A stretch of 17,779 nucleotides of DNA from Candidatus Fraserbacteria bacterium. GTDB lineage: Bacteria; Bipolaricaulota; Bipolaricaulia; RBG-16-55-9; JANLFV01. Numbering within the stretch: the first letter of the stretch is position 1; every line of letters starts with the position of its first letter. This document shows, one piece after another, positions 1 to 5,501 of the stretch. The notes under the pieces are model-generated. The model did not search any database. It had not been told where the DNA came from and saw only the letters and a program-made list of their open reading frames with translations. The DNA is taken from positions 1 to 17,779 of the forward strand of contig JBBIJD010000036.1 in assembly GCA_037446135.1 (NCBI GenBank), written 5' to 3'. Made by a program: the position numbers and the translations under genes.

Positions 1-1287
1 GGCCGGGAGGGTGAGCCAGAAGAGGCCGAGCTCGAGCCCTTGCTTCTCGACCTCCCTTGCGGGAGCCTTAACCATGATCCCCTTGGTGAGCGAGTCGCTC
101 CGCCCCAGCCGGTCAGTAACGGTGAGCGTGACCAAGTTCATCCCCTCATGGGCGAGGTGGTGCTCGACCCGGACGGCCATCGCATCGACGCGGCCATCTC
201 CATCGAAATCCCAGGCATAGCTCAACCCCTCCCCTACTGAGGGTGAGCCGTCGAGGATTACGATATCTCCGAGGCTACGCTCCCCGAGCGGGGCGATGGT
301 GAAGTCGGCCCGCGGCGGCGGAGGGGGCTTGAGCGCTCTCGTCCAAGTGAATGGCTCGACGATGATCTTGAAGGTGAACCGCCAGAGGGCGGTGCAGCCG
401 GAGTGGCAGCAGGCCTCGTTCTCCCGGACATAGACCTCGAGTGCGACCATCCGCTCCAGCGGGGCGAGAGGGCAGCAGAGCCGTAGCTCCTGTCGGACCC
501 AGCCGCGATCAGGCTGAAGGTCTTGTTCGACTGCCCCGGCCATGAGCTGAATGAAGGCCTCGCCTCGAAAAAGGTCCTCGTAGAGGACGAGCGGGAGGGC
601 CTGGGGTGAGACCTCCGGCTCGACCGGCCCGGCAGAGGCGAAGAGCCGCCAGTTCTCGCCCACGCCGCGATTGAAGACCAGCTCGATTGACTCGAGGATG
701 ACCCTCACAACGCAGCAGCCCGCTGCGAGGCAGGGAGGGCCGCAGACGGGCGGGCAGCAGGCAGGGGCGCCCTTGGAGGAATAGCCCGCCAGCTCGGCTA
801 GCCCGGCCTTTTCCCCCGGCTTGAAGGGCGGCCACGCTCGTGGTCGTGATGGGGCCTCGCCAGTGGTATAGGTATAGAGATCGACCAGCTCACCCGAGGA
901 GTCCCTGAGCCAGGCCACATCAGCCTTATCGTTCCAGACCTCGACCTCAAGCCAGGCCAGCTCACCTTCCGTGCAGGTAGAGCTGGCCCAGCCCCGGGCC
1001 GCCGGGCCGGAATGGACCCTTAGGGTCCCGCCCGGCGGGAGGGGGCATTGGCACGGGAACCAGAAGGTCTCCTTTACCTCCTGTCCCAAGGAGTTGCTGC
1101 TCTCCAGCCGCCAGCCTCCCAGGTCGACCGGCTGGGAGCCGCGATTGACGATCGTCACGACCTCATCCGCGCCGAGCGGCTGGATCGCCTGGATAAAGAC
1201 CCTCTGTTCCTGGTCCGCAAAAGCCGGAGCCAGAAGGCCAATCACCCCGATGACTAATAGGAGAACCCCCACAAGAAAAGCCCTCAT
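1..1287 (-). CDS. Secreted Cys-rich protein: signal peptide + lamin tail domain (LTD) + Cys-rich linker + beta domain + PKD domain; 3' end truncated by the window edge
   Basis: Manual translation (not in the ORF track because there is no stop in the window). ATG at 1287 with AGGAGG upstream. Sequence MRAFLVGVLLLVIGVIGLLAPAFA|DQEQRVFIQAIQPLGADEVVTIVNRGSQPVDLGGWRLES...LPPGGTLRVHSG...VWNDKADVAWLRDSSGELVD matches LTD hallmarks. PRADFTIAP...ILDGSPSVGEGLSYAWDFDGDGRVDA...VTLTVTDRLGRSDSLTKGIMV is PKD-like. The frame is open for 429 codons to base 1. Confidence 0.85.
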   Translation of the reverse strand, partial: MRAFLVGVLLLVIGVIGLLAPAFADQEQRVFIQAIQPLGADEVVTIVNRGSQPVDLGGWRLESSNSLGQEVKETFWFPCQCPLPPGGTLRVHSGPAARGWASSTCTEGELAWLEVEVWNDKADVAWLRDSSGELVDLYTYTTGEAPSRPRAWPPFKPGEKAGLAELAGYSSKGAPACCPPVCGPPCLAAGCCVVRVILESIELVFNRGVGENWRLFASAGPVEPEVSPQALPLVLYEDLFRGEAFIQLMAGAVEQDLQPDRGWVRQELRLCCPLAPLERMVALEVYVRENEACCHSGCTALWRFTFKIIVEPFTWTRALKPPPPPRADFTIAPLGERSLGDIVILDGSPSVGEGLSYAWDFDGDGRVDAMAVRVEHHLAHEGMNLVTLTVTDRLGRSDSLTKGIMVKAPAREVEKQGLELGLFWLTLPA

Positions 1288-1373
1288 CTTCTCTCACCCT
1301 CCTCTCCTCCCGGCTCTCGAGTGCCCTGCCAGCTAGCTGACTGATCGATCCTAGCCCCCTCTTCCACAGGGAG

Positions 1374-1820
1374 TCAAGCGCGATGCGCGAGGGCCGAGGT
1401 AGTGCGCTTCACCTCCGCAGCAGCGAGGCCGAAGATCGTGGTGATCGTGACTGCAGAGATGACGCACCAGGTGCAGAAGGCCCGGATCACCGCGAACTCC
1501 AGATAAGTGAGGTAAGCGGAGAAGATCGTCCCGCTCAGACTCAGCCCGAAGACCCCTAAATAGAGCCAGGCCGCGAGCGGCTCCTTCAGGCGGAGGCTCG
1601 CCAGGGCCAGCCCGAGGATGGCGGCATAGGTGACGATCCCCAGGACAGAGATGGGGAGGCCATAGATCGTGCAATAGACCGACTGATCGACGAGTGCGCA
1701 CCCCTGGCCGATACAGGCGATCGGGCCGCAGAAGTGCTCATAAGCCAGGTAAGCCGAGACCCCCATCCCGAGGAGGGCCAAAGCGATGATCGCCCCTCTC
1801 GTCTTCGGCACTCCCGCCAT
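1374..1820 (-). CDS. Vitamin K epoxide reductase (VKOR) family disulfide-bond formation membrane protein
   Basis: Four hydrophobic helices, loop cysteines (ACIGQGC..V..S.Y), GLPISVLG, and the active-site motif YLEFAVIRAFCTWC (CxxC). Confidence 0.92.
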   Translation of the reverse strand: MAGVPKTRGAIIALALLGMGVSAYLAYEHFCGPIACIGQGCALVDQSVYCTIYGLPISVLGIVTYAAILGLALASLRLKEPLAAWLYLGVFGLSLSGTIFSAYLTYLEFAVIRAFCTWCVISAVTITTIFGLAAAEVKRTTSALAHRA

Positions 1821-1827
1821 CTCGTCG

Positions 1828-2727
1828 TTATCTCCGCGTCTTCTCCAGCTCCCGATCGATCATCTTCTTGAAGTTCTCGTAGGGCTGGGCCCCGATGAGG
1901 ATGTGGCCGTTGATGAAGAATGTGGGCGTCCCCAGCCGCTGGGCCTGGGCCTCCTCCTCCGGCGGGAGTTGCGCGATGAGGCGGCTGAGCTCCTCCTGAT
2001 CCTCCAATACCTTCTGGAACATCGGGTCCGCGGCCAGACAGACATTGAACGCCGCGGCACAGCTCTCCCGGTCCGTCCCCCCTGCGGTGCAGTTGTTATA
2101 GTCAGAGAAGCAGCTGTTGAACTTCGTATCATAGCTCTCGAGGCAACTGTTGAAGCTCTCCAAGTTGAGCCCAACCGCCCCGGCGAGCCTCTCCAGATCG
2201 GCGACCTTGAGCTCCTGCGGTTGAGAGAGGTTCCGCCCCGGGAAGGTGGACTCGAAGAGCCGGTCGTGGAGGGGCCAGAACTTCCCTTGCTCATGGGCGC
2301 ACTCCCCAGCTACAGCCGCGAGGAGCGCGACCGGGCCGTGGACGATGAGATTGTGAAACTGGTATCTGACCAGCCCTTTGGCGATGTAGTCGCTCTCGAT
2401 CTTCGGGTAGGTCTCCCAAAGGTAGCGGGCACAATAGGGGCAATAGAACTCGGCGAACTCGATGATCGTCACCGGCGCATCGGGCGAGCCCTTGGTCGGC
2501 TGGGCCGTGACTGCCATTGCAGGGGCCACTGGCTGTTGAGGTGGGACCGGCGGCTGGGTGCTCGGCTGCTCCTGTCCCGGCTGGGGGCCCTGAGGGCCAA
2601 TCGGGATCTGTTGCCTCTGGCGGGCGGAGAGCTGACTGGCGGCGATCAAGGCCGCGGCGAGCAGGACGGCCGCGACTATGACGATGAGGATCGGGTTGAG
2701 AAAGAACCTCCCACTCTTTCGGGTCAT
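1828..2727 (-). CDS. dsbA: Membrane-anchored DsbA/BdbD-type thioredoxin-fold oxidoreductase with Cys-rich insertion
   Basis: N-terminal TM helix, Pro/Gln linker, KGSPDAPVTIIEFAEFYCPYC, AGECAHEQGKFW, and cis-Pro motif GTPTFFING...GAQPYENF. ATG 2727 has AAGGAG upstream and is preferred over TTG 2751. Confidence 0.88.
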   Translation of the reverse strand: MTRKSGRFFLNPILIVIVAAVLLAAALIAASQLSARQRQQIPIGPQGPQPGQEQPSTQPPVPPQQPVAPAMAVTAQPTKGSPDAPVTIIEFAEFYCPYCARYLWETYPKIESDYIAKGLVRYQFHNLIVHGPVALLAAVAGECAHEQGKFWPLHDRLFESTFPGRNLSQPQELKVADLERLAGAVGLNLESFNSCLESYDTKFNSCFSDYNNCTAGGTDRESCAAAFNVCLAADPMFQKVLEDQEELSRLIAQLPPEEEAQAQRLGTPTFFINGHILIGAQPYENFKKMIDRELEKTRR

Positions 2728-2759
2728 TATCGTCTCCTTTCTTGTCTCCAAGAGATCTT

Positions 2760-2789
2760 ACTATGTTTAAACGCCCTGATCAAAGTCAA
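2760..2789 (-). promoter_or_regulatory. Possible sigma70-type promoter for dsbA-vkor (TTGACT-N18-CATAGT)
   Basis: Good -35 at 2789-2784 and a weak -10 at 2765-2760, in an AT-richer intergenic stretch. Confidence 0.35.
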
Positions 2790-2812
2790 GCCTGGGGCTC
2801 CCGCCCCGCGGC
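2782..2812 (-). terminator. Possible weak intrinsic terminator after fau-1
   Basis: Minus strand GCC-GC-GGGGC-GGGA-GCCCC-A-GGC hairpin followed by TTGACTTT, directly after the TAG stop. Confidence 0.3.
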
Positions 2813-4179
2813 TAGGGCAGGGCCTGGGCCACCTCTCGGGCCCGGGCGGCCAGCCGTTCGCTCACCCAGCCCCGGGCGAGGGCCTTATCTAGCTCGGCCT
2901 CATCGATCAGCCTCGGCTCGCCCCCGGGGAGGCGGACGAGGTCGAGCTCAAGGTCGACATACCTGATCTTGTCGGGATAGATCTCGATCGGGGTGTTGAT
3001 GTTGTAATACTCCCCCTTGAGTTCACCATCCGCGGAGAGATAACGCGTCCGATACCACCACCGCCCCTCGCCGAACTCCGTCACCGCCCGATCGCCGGGC
3101 TCCTTGGCTATCCCCAGGCCGTCATATCTCCCTGGGGCCTTGATCTCCCGTTCCAGCTCGATCAGCCCCTCCGCCGGGCTCAGCCGGGTCACTCTCCCCT
3201 GGCCGAGGAGCTGGACCCTCCCATCGAGCTTGACATGCTCGATCGTTAGGCTCGCCCCGACCTTGAGGGCCTCGAGGGGAGAGGGGGCCGAGATCAGCCC
3301 CTTCTCCCGGGAGCGGGAAAGCTTCTTGACCATTTGCTCAAGGAGGTCGATCTCCTCCTTCCTCCCGGAGGCCTTGATTTGATGGTGACCGGCAACAGTG
3401 GGGAGGACCTCGCCCCGGAGCTGATCTAATCGGCGCTTGGCCCAGCCGGGGAACTCGACCTGGGCCGCCGGCTCGCCCTCGAGGAGGAGGGCCGGGGGCG
3501 CTTCGCGCATCTTGTCATTGAGCTTGGCCGCCAGCCCCGCCAGCCGCGCGATGTCCTCAGCTAGGACCGCCCGGCTCCGACCCGCCGCGGCGGTATGCCA
3601 GACGATCCCCCAGCCCTTGGGGGCCAATTCCGCCCCGAGCCAGGAGAGGCGCATCCTCTCATCGTAGTCCTCGATCTTCTTGCTTATGGCGATCCGGCCG
3701 GTCGAGATCAGGACGGCGTATCGTCCGGGTAGGCCGATCATCCTCCTCAGGAGGGGCTCCCGTCCCCGCCCGGGGAGCTCAAAGACCTGGACGGTGACCA
3801 CCTCTCCGGGATGGAGCTCCTCCTCCGGGAGGAAGCCGTCGCGGCCCCCAAGGTCGATCAGGCTACCCGCCGGGCCGGAGGAGCGGACCACTCCGCGATA
3901 GACGGAGAAGAGCTTGAGCTCGAACCGCCGGACGATCGCGTCTAGCAACTCCTCTTGCAAGATGGCGAGCAGTCGCTCCAGCCCCTCCGCCGCTCCGGAG
4001 ACGAAGACCCCCTGGAGGTCCTCTAAGTCGTAGAGGTCGAGGTCGTAGGGCTCCTGGTTCGGGGCGAGCTTGAACCGCTCGCAGATCGGTTCCGAGGGCT
4101 GGACGATCTTGAAGCCATGCTTCCGGAAGAGGTGCGTCAGGGCCGTGGCATAGATCCCGCGAATCCTTATGCCATACAT
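2812..4179 (-). CDS. fau-1: Archaeal-type ribonuclease FAU-1 (AubA; RNase E/G-like N-terminal part with S1-like region + C-terminal DUF402 domain)
   Basis: The N-terminus MYGIRIRGIYATALTHLF...GFKIVQPSEPICERF is typical of archaeal FAU-1. Also has LPGRYAVLI, ISKKI, GWGIVWHTAA, LDQLRGEVLPTVAGHHQIK, and the C-terminal DUF402 motif GEYYNINTPIEIYPDKIRYVDLELDLV. ATG 4179 is preferred over TTG 4218, which coincides with a -35 box. Confidence 0.88.
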   Translation of the reverse strand: MYGIRIRGIYATALTHLFRKHGFKIVQPSEPICERFKLAPNQEPYDLDLYDLEDLQGVFVSGAAEGLERLLAILQEELLDAIVRRFELKLFSVYRGVVRSSGPAGSLIDLGGRDGFLPEEELHPGEVVTVQVFELPGRGREPLLRRMIGLPGRYAVLISTGRIAISKKIEDYDERMRLSWLGAELAPKGWGIVWHTAAAGRSRAVLAEDIARLAGLAAKLNDKMREAPPALLLEGEPAAQVEFPGWAKRRLDQLRGEVLPTVAGHHQIKASGRKEEIDLLEQMVKKLSRSREKGLISAPSPLEALKVGASLTIEHVKLDGRVQLLGQGRVTRLSPAEGLIELEREIKAPGRYDGLGIAKEPGDRAVTEFGEGRWWYRTRYLSADGELKGEYYNINTPIEIYPDKIRYVDLELDLVRLPGGEPRLIDEAELDKALARGWVSERLAARAREVAQALP

Positions 4180-4188
4180 GGGGACTTC

Positions 4189-4218
4189 AGGATAGCAGAT
4201 AGCCGAGAGCGGAGACAA
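4189..4218 (-). promoter_or_regulatory. Promoter for fau-1 (TTGTCT-N18-TATCCT with extended TG), 9 nt before ATG
   Basis: The minus strand reads TTGTCT ccgctctcggctatcTGc TATCCT gaagtcccc ATG. Confidence 0.55.
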
Positions 4219-4277
4219 GCCAAGCCGACCGAGCCGGGGGCGAGGCGATGATTGGCTGGCCGCTCATCAGCTTGCTA

Positions 4278-4286
4278 TGCTACCAT
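4278..4286 (+). promoter_or_regulatory. Extended -10 promoter candidate for rtcA (TGcTACCAT)
   Basis: TGnTAnnAT pattern 18 nt upstream of ATG 4305; no clear -35. Confidence 0.4.
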
Positions 4287-4304
4287 CTGATCCGACGGAC
4301 GAGG

Positions 4305-5309
4305 ATGCTAGAGATCGATGGCTCACTCGGCGGGGGTTCGGTCCTCCGGCTGGGGGTCGGCCTGGCCGCGGTCTTGAAGAGGCCGATCAGGATTTACAAC
4401 ATCCGGAAGAGCCGCCCCAACCCCGGGCTGGCGGCCCAGCACCTCGCCGGGCTCTTGGCAGCGGCTGAGCTATGCGATGCCGGGTTAGAAGGGGCTGCTT
4501 TAGGCTCACAAGAGGTCCTCTTCAAGCCCGGTGAGATCAAGAAGACCGAGCTCAAGCTCGAGATCGAGACCGCCGGCTCGGTCGGACTGGTCCTCCAGAC
4601 ACTTCAGCTCGCCTGCCTCGCTGCAAGGGAGCCTGTGAGGATCAAGATCGAAGGCGGTGGGACCTTCGGGAAGTGGGCTCCGCCCCTACCCTACTTCGAG
4701 CTGGTCAACTTTGCGATCTTGAAGAGGTTCGGCTACTGCGCCCAGGTCCGGGTCGAGCGGGAGGGGTTCTACCCCAAGGGCGGGGCCCGGGCCGAGGCCA
4801 TCTTCCAGCCGGCGAAGATCTCAGGCCCGTTGGACCTATCCGAGCGAGGGAGGCTCCTCTACATTAAGGGCGTCTCGCTCGCCTCCCATCACCTGCGCGA
4901 GGCGAGGGTGGCCGAGCGGCAGGCCGAGGCAGCAAGAGCACTATTCCAGGGCCTCCATGTCCCGATCGAGCTCGAGACGACTTATGCCGACACTCGCTCC
5001 CCCGGCTCGGGGATCGTCTTAGCTGCGACCTTCGAGCGGACGATCCTCGGAGGGGACGCCCTCGGGGAGCGGGGGAAGCCCGCGGAGGAAGTCGGCCGGG
5101 AGGCGGCCCAGCAACTGCTCGAGGACCTCGAGAGCGGTGCGACACTCGACCGCTACATGGCCGATCAGATCATCCCCTTCATCGGCCTCTTCGGGGGCCG
5201 GTTCCGCTGCCCCCAAGTGACCGAGCACCTCGAGACGAACCTCGAGCTGGTCAGGCTCCTCCTGGGGAAGAGGCTCATGCTCGCCGACCGCTGGATCTCT
5301 GCTGAATAA
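4305..5309 (+). CDS. rtcA: RNA 3'-terminal phosphate cyclase
   Basis: MLEIDGSLGGGSVLR...IYNIRKSRPNPGLAAQHL, TAGSVGLVLQ, GFYPKGG, VAERQ, SPGSGI, LGERGKPAEEVG, DRYMADQ, and the catalytic His region VTEHLETN. Start placed at ATG 4305 by family alignment from memory. Confidence 0.93.
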   Translation: MLEIDGSLGGGSVLRLGVGLAAVLKRPIRIYNIRKSRPNPGLAAQHLAGLLAAAELCDAGLEGAALGSQEVLFKPGEIKKTELKLEIETAGSVGLVLQTLQLACLAAREPVRIKIEGGGTFGKWAPPLPYFELVNFAILKRFGYCAQVRVEREGFYPKGGARAEAIFQPAKISGPLDLSERGRLLYIKGVSLASHHLREARVAERQAEAARALFQGLHVPIELETTYADTRSPGSGIVLAATFERTILGGDALGERGKPAEEVGREAAQQLLEDLESGATLDRYMADQIIPFIGLFGGRFRCPQVTEHLETNLELVRLLLGKRLMLADRWISAE

Positions 5310-5322
5310 GCCCGGGCTGAGC

Positions 5323-5351
5323 TTGACTTCGCTGAAAAGTCATGCTATATT
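5323..5351 (+). promoter_or_regulatory. Strong sigma70-type promoter (TTGACT-N17-TATATT, extended TG) driving the riboswitch leader
   Basis: -35 at 5323-5328, TG at 5343-5344, -10 at 5346-5351. The predicted TSS (~5357) coincides with the 5' end of riboswitch P1. Confidence 0.8.
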
Positions 5352-5356
5352 AAATC

Positions 5357-5446
5357 AGTATCCCGAAAGGGTAAACTCACGGGAACGTGAGGGCGCAAAG
5401 CTACGGGTCCTGACTGAAAGGGATCGCCGGGCTGCCGAAGGATGCT
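5357..5446 (+). ncRNA. c-di-GMP-I (GEMM-I) riboswitch aptamer
   Basis: Consensus elements in order: GGGUAAAC (5369-5376); P2 CUCACG-GGAA-CGUGAG (5376-5391, GNRA loop); GGCGCAAAGC (5392-5401); P3 with GGGUCC...GGAU-CG-CCGGGC; UGCCGAA. P1 is AGUAUCC (5357-5363) paired with GGAUGCU (5440-5446). Confidence 0.9.
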
Positions 5447-5501
5447 CTCTATTGCACTGCATCCTCCGGCGTAAGCCCTCTTGAGGAAGGAGGGGCTTAC
5501 G
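5434..5501 (+). promoter_or_regulatory. Riboswitch expression platform: anti-P1 hairpin plus hairpin occluding the Shine-Dalgarno region
   Basis: GCCGAAGGATGC (5434-5445) pairs with GCATCCTCCGGC (5459-5470) with one mismatch. CGTAAGCCC (5470-5478) pairs with GGGCTTACG (5493-5501), enclosing SD AGGAGG (5488-5493) and ending immediately before ATG 5502. Confidence 0.7.

Noticed and set aside
1786..2892. 368-aa + strand ORF
   Set aside because: It is the antisense shadow of dsbA in GC-rich DNA, with no recognisable motifs.
5357..5446. cAMP-GMP (GEMM-Ib) assignment of the riboswitch
   Set aside because: The discriminating position is G (5370), not A, and J1/2 is GGGUAAAC rather than ACUAAAC.
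5481..5501. TTG 5481 as start of the large protein
   Set aside because: ATG 5502 has an ideally spaced AGGAGG, and 5481-5501 belongs to the regulatory hairpin.
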